Below, in pieces: positions 49,101-60,046 of a stretch of DNA of 64,000 nucleotides. The stretch's first letter is position 1, and each line of letters begins with the position of its first letter. Source of the stretch: Candidatus Kuenenbacteria bacterium HGW-Kuenenbacteria-1 (GTDB taxonomy: Bacteria; Patescibacteriota; Patescibacteriia; UBA2591; PGYQ01). The stretch lies in contig PGYQ01000002.1 of assembly GCA_002839745.1 (NCBI GenBank), positions 21,515 to 85,514 on the forward strand, written 5' to 3'. The position numbers and the translations under genes are program-made. Below the pieces are notes generated by a model, which saw only the letters and a program-made list of their open reading frames with translations, did no database searches and had not been told where the DNA came from.

Positions 49101-49176
49101 TTTCTTGATCAAATTCAACCATTCTTCCATTCCGCTTCCGAATTTTTTGTATTTTAAATTTTTTTATTTGTTTCAT
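46156..49176 (-). CDS. nrdD: anaerobic ribonucleoside-triphosphate reductase (class III, NrdD) interrupted by an intein
   Basis: N-terminal ATP-cone. C-terminal Zn ribbon (CPDHG...CPQCNKNC) and glycyl-radical motif (SRVTGYIRP). Extein junctions are RWGTQ|C and N|TPFTN. Confidence 0.8.
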   Translation of the reverse strand: MKQIKKFKIQKIRKRNGRMVEFDQEKITQAIYKAIVAIEGKDGKKSKKLSDKVLTILEYQFDSKNIPTVEEIQDIVEKVLIKAGLVEVAKAYILYRKQQEKVREMGGVMMDIEKIMDGYLKQEDWRVKENANIGYSFGGLMLHISGSVIANYLLENVYPAKIAQAHKEGDIHLHDLSMGLNAYCAGWSLRQLLLQGLGGVENRIECAPPKHLETVLGQMVNFWGILQNEWAGAQAFSSFDTYLAPFVRADHLTYKEVKQNIQKFMFNIAAPSRWGTQCVSEDTEALTDNGWKKYLEIKKEDKIATFNLEKKIIEYLKPERVCSYDYNGYLFNLKNRTQDQLITPGHKIVRKIFNNGEFELLEIEKALKFKTPILIPNSSITVSKKEIDENLLKIIAWFVSEGSFSDGDRDRVYIFQSEKNIANCNEIRTCLKKLNFKWDEMKKNGGFLNSGIILRFRLNQESSKKIRKIINKKEIPSLIKTLSADQIQLFIHTYIKGDGHREFKGRIRIFTKDEKNKNDLQELCVLSNYGTTIKQRENGVYVINIIRNNITSITQISKKKYKGKVWCPTTLNGTFIARRNGKTFITGNTPFTNLTFDWTVPEDLKNDPVIIGGKLQETTYEDYQKEMDMINRAFIEVATEGDNKGRVFTFPIPTYNITKDFNWDTSNTNLLFEMTAKYGIPYFQNFINSELKPTDVRSMCCRLQMNLNQLRAKTGGLFGSGESTGSVGVVTINMPRIGYLAKDKKDFFDRLAKQMDLAKESLEIKRKVVTHNLNNGLFPYTKRYLGNLDHHFSTIGPLGINEACLNFLGKNKDIASKEGREFALEILDFMREKLKEIQNETGNIYNLEAVPAEGTSYRLAKIDKKKYPKIITAGEKAFYYTNSSHLPVNYTDDIFEALDFQDELQCKYSGGTVFHGFIGEKMPSVEATKQLVKRIAENYHLPYFTITPTFSVCPDHGYIAGEHFKCPQCNKNCEVYSRVTGYIRPIQQWHEGKQEEFYDRKEYKIK
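47413..48345 (-). mobile_element. intein (311 aa) with a LAGLIDADG-type homing endonuclease domain inside nrdD
   Basis: Starts with Cys (CVSEDTEALTDNG) and ends ...ITGN, followed by extein Thr. Internal KIIAWFVSEGSFSDGD is a LAGLIDADG-like motif. Confidence 0.65.
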
Positions 49177-49442
49177 AAAAAATCAACTTATAAAATTACA
49201 TTATTTTTTTATTTTAATAAATACTTTTTAATATATTTAATAAAAATTATTTTAACATATTCTAAAATTTAAGCAAATTTTAAAATTTTAGCTTATTTTA
49301 GCTAAAAATATTTATAATCATTTTTATTAATTTTAATTCTTTTAAATAATTTTTTTAAAAAATTTGCTTAAAAAAATTTGCTTAAATTAATATAATATAT
49401 ATATAATAATAATTATTATTTTTTACAAACTGTGGAAAAAAA

Positions 49443-49471
49443 TTGACAAATTTTAAAAAATTGTTTACTAT
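49443..49471 (+). promoter_or_regulatory. candidate sigma70-type rRNA promoter
   Basis: TTGACA (49443-49448), 17-nt spacer, TACTAT (49466-49471). A second TTGACA lies at 49498-49503. Confidence 0.4.
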
Positions 49472-49556
49472 ACAAACTAGTTAAATAATAACGTTCTTTG
49501 ACATTTGAAATGTGATAGGAATTTACTATTTGTTTCATGTTTGAAAAAACATTGAA

Positions 49557-51373
<1,817 letters not shown>

Positions 51374-51921
51374 CAAGGAGAAAATTTCACTAATTAATTT
51401 ATTAATTAGTGATACAGTCGATTATTTCTTTAATTAGAAATAAAAAAGAAAATCAAAAAATTCCTATCACTTTTTAAATGTCAAAAATAAAAACGTAACA
51501 AGTAACATATAATCAGTAACGAGTAATAAAAATTCAAAAATAAAAAATAATCAGTGAATTATAAAAAAAACTTGGTCTAGTTTTACTCACTTATCTTTTA
51601 TTTTCTTACCATAGAAAATAAGTTTTAACATTCAAAATAAAAAACCTGTCCTTCTTGGGACGGGTTTTTTATTTTTTGTAAATTTATTTTTTTTCTATTT
51701 TTTATTTCTTAGTCGAGACCCTACATAAAAGGGACCGTTCCGTTCGGGACCGTTCATAAAGGAACCGTGCACAAAAGGGTAACTCTTTTTTTTATTGCCC
51801 TTACTTCTTTTTATATGTTATAAAAATTTGCATTATTTTTTCTTTTTTTTTATAATATCAAAACTGATTGTTTTTTAATTTTCTTGTTTTTTTATTTTTG
51901 TGTTTCTTGTTTTTTTATTCC

Positions 51922-51997
51922 GGGCGCATAGCTCAGCTGGTAGAGCATTTCTCTGATAAGGAAAAGGTCCATGGTTCGAGTCCATGTGCGCCCACCA
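51922..51997 (+). tRNA. tRNA-Ile (anticodon GAT) in the spacer after 16S, CCA encoded
   Basis: GGGCGCA acceptor, D-arm TAGCTCAGCTGGTAGAGCA, anticodon loop CTGATAA, T-arm CATGG-TTCGAGT-CCATG. Confidence 0.8.
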
Positions 51998-52050
51998 AGA
52001 AAGTTTAAAGTGTAAAATTAAGATTAAAATTTTTAATTTTATAATTTTTT

Positions 52051-53516
52051 ATGCAAGAAACTAGGGTTAATCTTAAACATTTATTAGAAGATATTAGGGA
52101 TGGTTATTCTCTTACAGTTGAAGAAATTATTTTAACTGAATTAATAGCTAATAGTCTTGATTCAAAAGCTTCTAGAATTGAACTTTTTACAGAACCAGAA
52201 AAAATAGTTTTACTATTTGCGACAATGGTAACGGAATGAAACGACAAGCTTTAAAAAATTATCATAATATTGCAGCTACAACTAAAATTCGTGGAAAAGG
52301 AATTGGTTTTGCTGGCATTGGCGCTAAATTATCTCTCTTAATTGCTAAATCGGTAATCACTGAAACTAAAGGCGGTTATGGTTCTCATTGTGCTACAACA
52401 TGGCATTTAATGAATGCTGATAGAGCTCCTTGGAAATTTATTCCTTCTCAAGGAAAAGTAAAAACTTCACGAGGGACTGCAATTACTATTGAATTTTCTG
52501 ACTTTCAATCCTTTCTTTTAAATTCTGATTTTATTTATAAAAATATTAAAAAACATTTTTATCCTTTATTGCATTCCGTATTTTTTGATTCTATCTTGAA
52601 ATATGTTTATAAAAAAGAAATAGAATTTTTTATAAATAATGAAAAAATTGAAATAAAAAACTCTAATTTAAAAGAAGCTTTAAAAACTTTCAAAGTTACT
52701 CTTGGCAAAGAAGAAAAAAAATTAGCTGGTTTTGGTTTTTTAATTAAATCAAATGAAAATTTTTCTTTAAAAAATTTTGGAATCAGTATTTCCACTTACG
52801 GCAAAGTAATTAAACAAGGTTGGGATTGGTTAGGAATTTTCCCAAGGCTTGCTTTTCAAATTTATGGATTAATAGAAATTCCAGCTCTTTCTGAAATTTT
52901 AACAACAAACAAAAATGATTTTTTAAAAGATGCCACAAGTTTAAAAAAATATTATTGTTATCGCAAAGCAATTCAAGAAGCAATTTTACCAATTCTTTCT
53001 GAATTTGGAGAAGAAATAATTTCCTTTGAAAAAAATTTCAAAAAACTAAAACCTTTAGAAAAAGAAATTGAGAAAATGTTGGAAGATGTTTTAGAAAATT
53101 TTCCGGAATTAACACCTCTTGTTGGAATTAAAAAAAATAAAAAAGGAACCCATTTAAAATTAGAAGGTCCTTTAGTAGGTTTTATTGAAAAAGAAACAGA
53201 AGAAACAAAAAATACAGAAACAAAAAAACAAAAAAACACTAAAACATTGAAACAAGAAAATAAAGATAAAAAGAAAAAAGCGCCAACATTAACAATTGGT
53301 TTTGAAGAAAATCCTTCAAAAATTAGTTTAGCTCGAATGATTGAAAATACTATTTGGATTAATACTAATCATCCAGCTTATCAAAAAGCCAAACAAGAAA
53401 ATTTAGAACCATATCATATTTTTCTTTCTATTGCTTGGACTTTGTCGCATTTTATTGAAGAAAATCATTCGCCACAAGAATTTATTAGCCAATTTCTTAT
53501 TTCATGGAGTAAATAG
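52051..53516 (+). CDS. GHKL-superfamily ATPase (HATPase_c-type, MORC/Hsp90-like); frame changes at about 52199-52211
   Basis: N-box ELIANSLDS in the first ORF. In a different frame the G1 box ICDNGNGM continues into ORF 52236-53516, with G2-like GKGIGFAGIGAKLSL. Confidence 0.55.
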
Positions 53517-53540
53517 GAGAAAAAAATTAAAAAATCATTT

Positions 53541-55034
53541 ATGAAAAACTTACTTAAAATAGCCGTGGTTTCTTCAGAAACAGATCCTTTTTCTAAAACA
53601 GGAGGAATGGCTGATGTGACTCGTTCTCTTTCAAAGGCTTTATTTCGTTTAGGTCATTCTGTAATTATTATTACGCCTTTTTATGAAAAATTAATAGATG
53701 AAAAAAAATTCAAACTTAAATGTTTTCAAAAAAATATTCCCTTAAAAATAGACGAACAAAATACTTTAAATATTGATCTATGGAAAGGAGAATTAATGAA
53801 AGGATTGACTGTTTATTTTATAGGAAATAAACAGTTTTTTTATTGGAAACATCAAGAAAAAAAATCAATTCAACAGCTTTATGGTTCAAAACGCGAGAAT
53901 GCTCGTTTTGCACTTTTTGATTTGGCAGCGCTTCAATTATTAAAATTAATTAATTTTAAACCAGATATTGTTCAATGCAATGATTGGCAAACCGGATTAA
54001 TTCCATATTTTTTAAAGAAAAAATTAAGATTTAAAAGTGATCCATTTTTTAAAAACACAAATACTGTTTATACAATTCACAATCTTGCATTTCAAATGGG
54101 ACAAAATTGGTGGGAAATTCCTTTAAAAGAAAAAGATAATGGCAAAAATAATTTGCCATTTTTCAATGAACCTAAATTTGAAAATATTAATTTTGCTAAA
54201 AGAGGAATTTTACATTCTAATATTATTAATACGGTTAGCGAGCGTTATGCAGAAGAAATTTTAACCCCTCAATTTGGACAAGGAATGCAAAAAATTTTAA
54301 ATTCAAGAAAAAAAGATTTATATGGCATTGTTAATGGAATTGATTCTATAATTTTCAATCCAGCTGTTGATAAAAATATTTATTTTAATTATGACTGGAA
54401 AACTTTTAAAGAAGGAAAAAAACGAAATAAATTAGCTTTACAAAAAGAAACTGGTTTAGAAAAAAATATAGCCATTCCGTTAATTGGAATGGCTAGTCGA
54501 GTAACTGAACAAAAAGGATTTAATTTAATCAAAGAAAATTTAATTCATTTGCTTCATTTAAATGCGCAATTTATAATATTAGGAGAAGGAGATAAAAATT
54601 ATCGTAAATTTTTAGAAAAAACTGCAAAAAAATATCCGCATAAATTTGTTTATTATTCAAAATTTTCTGAAAAAATGGAAAGTAAAATTCATGCTGGTTC
54701 AGATGTACATTTAATGCCATCAAAATTTGAACCCTGTGGCACGACTCAATTAAAAAGCCTGCGCTATGGCTCTATTCCAATTGTTCATAAAATAGGAGGC
54801 CTTTCAGATACTGTTTTAGATTTTAATCCTCAAACCAAAGAAGGAAATGGTTTTGTTTTTAAAAGACACTGGAAAGAAGATTTATTGATTGCTATCACTA
54901 GAGCTTTAGAAAATTATAAACATCAAAAAACATGGGAATATTTAATAGAAAAAGGAATGCGACAATCTTATTCATGGGAATTGCCGGCAAAAAAATATGT
55001 AGCATTATTTAAAAAAGCAATGGAGAATAAGTAA
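53541..55034 (+). CDS. glgA: glycogen (starch) synthase
   Basis: N-terminal KTGGMADV motif; GT-B glycosyltransferase, 497 aa. Confidence 0.8.
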   Translation: MKNLLKIAVVSSETDPFSKTGGMADVTRSLSKALFRLGHSVIIITPFYEKLIDEKKFKLKCFQKNIPLKIDEQNTLNIDLWKGELMKGLTVYFIGNKQFFYWKHQEKKSIQQLYGSKRENARFALFDLAALQLLKLINFKPDIVQCNDWQTGLIPYFLKKKLRFKSDPFFKNTNTVYTIHNLAFQMGQNWWEIPLKEKDNGKNNLPFFNEPKFENINFAKRGILHSNIINTVSERYAEEILTPQFGQGMQKILNSRKKDLYGIVNGIDSIIFNPAVDKNIYFNYDWKTFKEGKKRNKLALQKETGLEKNIAIPLIGMASRVTEQKGFNLIKENLIHLLHLNAQFIILGEGDKNYRKFLEKTAKKYPHKFVYYSKFSEKMESKIHAGSDVHLMPSKFEPCGTTQLKSLRYGSIPIVHKIGGLSDTVLDFNPQTKEGNGFVFKRHWKEDLLIAITRALENYKHQKTWEYLIEKGMRQSYSWELPAKKYVALFKKAMENK

Positions 55035-55179
55035 CCAATAACTCATAACAAGTAACAAGTACAATCCGCAGATGCGGGATAATAAATTACTCGTTACTGA
55101 TTACTTGTTCCTCTTTATATAGTGCGACTAACATAATCTTTTTAAAATTTTTAAAGAAGAAAAATTTAAAATTTAAATT

Positions 55180-56352
55180 TTATTTCCTTGTCGCTCGTAA
55201 AACTTCTTCAGGAGTGGTAACACCTTCAATAATTTTTTCTATTCCATGTTGCCTCAAAGAAACCATTCCTTTTTCTCTGGCTTTTTTTTGAATTTCAATT
55301 GCTGAAGTACGAGAAAGAATAAGCGATCTAATATCATCATTAATAACCAAAATTTCAAAAATTCCCATTTGCCCTTTATATCCAGTAAAATTACAATGAA
55401 CACATTTTTTCCCTCTTTTAAATTTAATTTCTTTTTGATTTTCTAATTCAAGAGTTTCAATAATTTCTTTGGAAGGTTGATATTCTTCTGTGCAATGCGA
55501 ACAATTTTTTCGAATTAATTCTTGAGCGATGATTATTAAAACAGATGAAGAAATTAAAAAAGGCTCTACCTTCATATCTACTAAACGAACCAAGGCGCTT
55601 GCCGTATCATTTGTATGAATAGTGCTTAAAACCAAATGTCCTGTTATGGCGGTATGCACAGCCATTTCAGCTGTTTCTAAATCACGAATTTCTCCCACCA
55701 TAATAATATCCGGATCTTGACGCAATAAAAATTTCAATCCTTTAACAAAGGTTAAATTTTCAGTAATTTGAGTTTGTCTAATTAAAGGCAAATGATATTC
55801 AATCGGATCTTCTAAAGTAACAATATTTTTTTCTACTGTATTCAAAACATTAAGGATTGAGTATAAGGTAGTTGTTTTCCCGCTACCAGTTGGTCCTGTG
55901 ACTAAAATTAATCCATTGGGTTTTTTAATCATTGCCTCTACTTGTTTTAATTGAGTAAAATTCATTCCCAATTCTTCTAAATTTAGAAAAATCTTATTAA
56001 CATTTAATACTCTAATTACCGAACATTCTCCATAAAGAGTGGGAAATATTGAAACTCGTAAATCCAAATCTTGATCTTTTATTCTAATTTGAAAACGTCC
56101 ATCTTGAGGCATTCTCGTTTCAGTAATATCTAATTGAGATAAAATTTTTATTCGAGCAATTAAAGCAGAAAGTAAATGTGTGGGTTCTTTGGCAATTTCT
56201 TTTAAAATCCCGTCAATTCTAAAACGAAAACGAACAAAATCTTTTTCCGGTTCAATATGAATATCGCTCGCTCCCATTTCAATAGCCTTAATAAGATAAT
56301 CATTAACTAAATTAATAATTATATCTTTTCCTTCAAAATTTTGAGTAATCAT
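55180..56352 (-). CDS. type II/IV secretion system ATPase (PilB/GspE family, short N-terminus)
   Basis: Walker A GPTGSGKTT, Asp box, His box, and a tetracysteine motif (CSHC...CVHC). Confidence 0.75.
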   Translation of the reverse strand: MITQNFEGKDIIINLVNDYLIKAIEMGASDIHIEPEKDFVRFRFRIDGILKEIAKEPTHLLSALIARIKILSQLDITETRMPQDGRFQIRIKDQDLDLRVSIFPTLYGECSVIRVLNVNKIFLNLEELGMNFTQLKQVEAMIKKPNGLILVTGPTGSGKTTTLYSILNVLNTVEKNIVTLEDPIEYHLPLIRQTQITENLTFVKGLKFLLRQDPDIIMVGEIRDLETAEMAVHTAITGHLVLSTIHTNDTASALVRLVDMKVEPFLISSSVLIIIAQELIRKNCSHCTEEYQPSKEIIETLELENQKEIKFKRGKKCVHCNFTGYKGQMGIFEILVINDDIRSLILSRTSAIEIQKKAREKGMVSLRQHGIEKIIEGVTTPEEVLRATRK

Positions 56353-56422
56353 AAAAATACCTTTTAGGCGCTAGGTGTTAGGCACTAGATCCTTTAATTT
56401 AAAATTTAAAATTTCTTTTTTA

Positions 56423-56494
56423 TGTCCTCAGGAGGAATCGAACCTCCATCTTAAGCTCCGCAAGCTCACGCTCTATCCGTTGAGCTATGAAGAC
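56423..56494 (-). tRNA. tRNA-Arg (anticodon GCG), no encoded CCA
   Basis: Acceptor GTCTTCA/TGAGGAC, D-arm GCTC..GAGC, anticodon arm TGAGC-TTGCGGA-GCTTA, T-arm GGAGG-TTCGATT-CCTCC. Confidence 0.6.
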
Positions 56495-56543
56495 AAAATT
56501 AGGTTTTAGATTTTTTGGGTTAGAATTTAAAATTTATAATTTC

Positions 56544-57029
56544 TTAAATTTTTATTATCCTCCCAAATTGATCAGAAAATGATTCTTCTTCTTGTTCTAA
56601 ATCTTCTTTTAAATATTTTAATAAAATTTCTCTAATTTTAAGTGGATTTTGATCCTCCAAAGAAATTATAAAATTGGGTTTAATAAAATTTTTAAAGCTA
56701 AAATAAAGATTTTTTACTTCTGGAAGTTGATAAATAATCCAAAAATTTTCCAATTCTCTCCAATAATAAAAATTTTCTGATGCTTGGATTCCTTTTTCAG
56801 TAATCTGAAATTTTATTAGAATTGGTTTTTTAAAATCAAATAAAATTAAAATTATACTAAATAAAATAATGATAATAGCAAAAAGAAAATTTTTGGTAAA
56901 AATTGAAAAAAGTAATAATCCTAATACTGTTGCAAACATTAAAAAATACCATTCTTGAGTTCTTTTGTGTTTTATAAATTCAGGGAAACTCCAAACAATC
57001 AAAGCTTTCCCTTTATTTTCTTGAATCAT
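56544..57029 (-). CDS. hypothetical membrane protein (two TM helices)
   Basis: ORF only. Confidence 0.3.
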   Translation of the reverse strand: MIQENKGKALIVWSFPEFIKHKRTQEWYFLMFATVLGLLLFSIFTKNFLFAIIIILFSIILILFDFKKPILIKFQITEKGIQASENFYYWRELENFWIIYQLPEVKNLYFSFKNFIKPNFIISLEDQNPLKIREILLKYLKEDLEQEEESFSDQFGRIIKI

Positions 57030-57081
57030 AAAAATAACTTTTAAACACTAAAACCTTTAATTTAAATTTATAATTTATAAT

Positions 57082-58308
57082 TTATAATTTCTTAATTATT
57101 TTTACAAACTGCCTTTTGCCCTTTTGCAATAATACGCCATTTTCAGTAATCTCAATTATTTTATTTATATCTTTTATTACGGTGTTGTCCACTTTAATCC
57201 CATTTTGTTTAATTAATCTTTTTGCCTCATTTTTACTGCCTGCCATTTTTACCTTAACTAACAAATCTATTATTTTCCAATTCGTTCCGTCGGCTGACGG
57301 ACGTAATTCGTAATTCGTAATTTCATCAGGTATTTCTTTTTGTTGGATTACTTTTATAAAATGTTTTTCTGCCTTTTTTGCTTCATTTTCATTGTGATAA
57401 ATTTTTGTAATTTCAAAAGCCAAACGCATTTTTAAATCGCGCGGATTAATTTTATCAATATCAATTTCTTGCTTGATTTCGGCTATTTTATTTAATGATA
57501 TATCAGTACAAAGTGTAAAATATTTTATAATTAAATTATCAGTCAAAGACATAATTTTGCCATACATCTCTTCGCTTTTTTCCATAAGAGCAATATAATT
57601 ATTAAGACTTTTACTCATTTTATCTCCACCAGATAGTCCTTCTAATAATGGACAAGTAATAATATCCTGCAACTCTTGATTGTATCTTTTTTGCAACTGC
57701 CTACCCATCAACAGGTTAAATTTTTGATCGGTTCCGCCAATTTCTACATCTGCTTTAAGAATAACAGAATCATAACTCTGCAACACAGGATACATAAATT
57801 CCTGCAAACTTAAATCAATATCATTTTTTATTCTTTCTTTAAAATCAGCCCTTTGCGCTACCTGCGCATAGGTGACTTTTGACATTAGCGCTACTAAATC
57901 ATCAAGACTTAATTTAGACAGCCATTTTGAATTATATTTTACCTCTACTTTAGACATATCCAATAACAAACCGGCTTGTTTAACATAACTTTTCATATTA
58001 ACAACTATTTCTTTATTAGCTAAGGCTTTTCTGGTTATGGAACGACCTGTTGGATCTCCAATGCGAGCGGTAAAATCGCCAATTAAAAAAATTACTTGAT
58101 GACCCAAATTTTGAAATTCTCTTAATTTCCGCAAAATTACAGCATGACCTAAATGCAAAACCGAACCTGTTGGATCAATGCCAAACTTAATTCTTAATTT
58201 TTTACCAGACATTAACTTTTTTTTCAAACTATCCTTTATTAAAACTTCCTCCACGCCTTTGGTTAAAACTTCGTCAATTTTTTTTTCATCAATTATAATT
58301 TTTGACAT
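57082..58308 (-). CDS. tyrS: tyrosyl-tRNA synthetase with C-terminal S4 domain
   Basis: HLGH and KMSKS motifs, 408 aa, S4-like C-terminus. Confidence 0.85.
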   Translation of the reverse strand: MSKIIIDEKKIDEVLTKGVEEVLIKDSLKKKLMSGKKLRIKFGIDPTGSVLHLGHAVILRKLREFQNLGHQVIFLIGDFTARIGDPTGRSITRKALANKEIVVNMKSYVKQAGLLLDMSKVEVKYNSKWLSKLSLDDLVALMSKVTYAQVAQRADFKERIKNDIDLSLQEFMYPVLQSYDSVILKADVEIGGTDQKFNLLMGRQLQKRYNQELQDIITCPLLEGLSGGDKMSKSLNNYIALMEKSEEMYGKIMSLTDNLIIKYFTLCTDISLNKIAEIKQEIDIDKINPRDLKMRLAFEITKIYHNENEAKKAEKHFIKVIQQKEIPDEITNYELRPSADGTNWKIIDLLVKVKMAGSKNEAKRLIKQNGIKVDNTVIKDINKIIEITENGVLLQKGKRQFVKIIKKL

Positions 58309-58478
58309 AATTTTATATTTAAAGATTATATTTATATAATAGCAAAATTTTTTATTTTTCCCAAAACAACTAACAATGTGCGTTCGAAAAAATTCGAACA
58401 GATTTCGCCCAAAATTTGTAAGGCGGGCGGAATTTTTACCTCATAGCAAACTTGCTTTGCTTCGGGGCACCTTAAACC

Positions 58479-58781
58479 CCACGGTTGGGCTGTTCTACAA
58501 AAAATAAAAATAATTTTGAAAATCCTTCTTTCATAAAGTCTCCCTGATAAGGGAGATTTAGAGGGTTTCTTAATTTCTGAAATCCCCCAACCCCCTTTAT
58601 CAAGGGGGCTAATTAATTTCCCTAACCATAAGGAAATGCTCCTGCAAATTATTCTTTAATTAGAAATTTGGTAATTAATATTTTTCTAAAAAATAATTTA
58701 AACAAAATACAAGAAACAATTGAAAAATATACAAATAATGTAAAATTTATGATGCCATTATTTTAGAACATCCCAACCGTA
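58479..58781. mobile_element. MITE-like element copy B (303 bp) with 18-19 bp terminal inverted repeats and a 9-bp target-site duplication
   Basis: Left TIR CCACGGTTGGGCTGTTCTA at 58479-58497. Right TIR TAGAACATCCCAACCGTA at 58764-58781. Flanking direct repeat CCTTAAACC at 58470-58478 and 58782-58790. No ORF inside. Confidence 0.75.
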
Positions 58782-58997
58782 CCTTAAACCCAAAAAGATA
58801 AAAAAAGCTAGACACACTTTTATGAACGGTCCCGTAAATTGGTCATGCCGAAAATCTTTTAGCCCCATCATTGCCGAACCTTCTATAACAAGATCAAGCA
58901 TTTTCATTTCCAATTTCGAAAATTTTTCGTTAGGTGCAAGAGTGTATTCAAAAAGAGCAATTTTACCACCGGGCTTCAAAATTCTAAAAAATTCCAA
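58758..58997 (-). pseudogene. C-terminal fragment of a SAM-dependent methyltransferase, truncated, with MITE B overlapping its 3' end
   Basis: ILKPGGKIALFEY motif typical of class I methyltransferases downstream of motif I. No N-terminal SAM-binding GxGxG region. Adjacent to tRNA-Ser. Confidence 0.45.
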
Positions 58998-59060
58998 TTT
59001 GCGATTAAAATCGGCTGGCGAACCCTTGCAAAGGCCGAGCCAAACTCTTCTTTTACCAAC

Positions 59061-59150
59061 TGGCGGAGAGATAGGGATTCGAACCCTAGAGACCCGTTAA
59101 GGCCTAACAGTTTTCAAGACTGTCCCATTCAACCACTCTGGCATCTCTCC
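59061..59150 (-). tRNA. tRNA-Ser (anticodon TGA), long variable arm, CCA encoded
   Basis: GGAGAGA acceptor, anticodon loop CTTGAAA, long extra arm, T-arm CTAGG-GTTCGAAT-CCCTA. Confidence 0.75.
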
Positions 59151-59204
59151 TAAAAAGTTAAAAGTGTAAAGTTAAAAGTTATTGTATTCGTTTCGCTCAT
59201 AAAA

Positions 59205-60041
59205 TTAACTTTTAGCTTTTAAAGTATAGTGGATTTTTTTATAAAGTTCAACCCAATCCTTTACTGAAAGTTCTTGAGCACGAATCATTGGATTAAAATT
59301 CAATTCTTCAAAAATTTTTTCCATTGTTTTTTTGCTACGAATTTTTATTTTTTTTAAATTATTTTTTAATTGTTTTCTGCGACTAGAAAATCCAGCTCGA
59401 ACTAAATCAAAAAAATCTTTTTCTATTTCTATATTAAATTGTTTATTAAGATTTAATTTTATTATCGCCGAATTTACCTTTGGCGCAGGCCAAAAACTAT
59501 TTTTAGAAACAACGCTAATGATTTTAGGCTGACTGTAAAATTGAACAGAAATTGACAATAAACTCATTTGTCCCGGTTTAGCAATAATTCTTTCAGCTAC
59601 TTCTTTTTGAATTAATAAAATCATTTCACTGGGTCTTATTAATTCTTCGCTTAAAAATTTTCGCAAAATCGCAGAAGTAATATTATAAGGAACATTTGCC
59701 ACAATTTTATATTTATTATTTATAATTTTTAATTCTAAATTTTGAATTTTTAAAATGTCTTTATTAATAAGGACTATATTTTTAAAATTTTTTAATTCTT
59801 CTTTTAAAGCTACAACCAATCTTTTATCTAATTCCACAGCAATGACTTTTTTAACTCGTCCAGCTAATTCTCGAGTAAGCACTCCAAAACCAGCGCCAAT
59901 TTCCAAAATTACATCGTCTTTTTTTAATTCAGCCACTTGAATAATTTTATTTAAAATATTCTTGTCAATTAAAAAATTTTGTCCAGCTTGTCGTTGCGGA
60001 TGAAGCCCATATTTTTCACAAAGCAATTTAACATTTTCCAT
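59205..60041 (-). CDS. rsmA: 16S rRNA (adenine1518/1519-N6)-dimethyltransferase
   Basis: KsgA-type N-terminus (QNFLID, LEIGAGFGVLT). Confidence 0.85.
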   Translation of the reverse strand: MENVKLLCEKYGLHPQRQAGQNFLIDKNILNKIIQVAELKKDDVILEIGAGFGVLTRELAGRVKKVIAVELDKRLVVALKEELKNFKNIVLINKDILKIQNLELKIINNKYKIVANVPYNITSAILRKFLSEELIRPSEMILLIQKEVAERIIAKPGQMSLLSISVQFYSQPKIISVVSKNSFWPAPKVNSAIIKLNLNKQFNIEIEKDFFDLVRAGFSSRRKQLKNNLKKIKIRSKKTMEKIFEELNFNPMIRAQELSVKDWVELYKKIHYTLKAKS

Positions 60042-60046
60042 AATTA

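Noticed and set aside
51640-51680. Hairpin plus T-run in the 16S-tRNA-Ile spacer, considered as a terminator
   Set aside because: The stem has a mismatch, and a terminator upstream of the co-transcribed tRNA-Ile is implausible. More likely a processing stem
57285-57305. Near-palindrome CCGTCGGCTGACGG inside tyrS
   Set aside because: It is imperfect and lies within the coding sequence of the S4 domain. Nothing suggests a regulatory role
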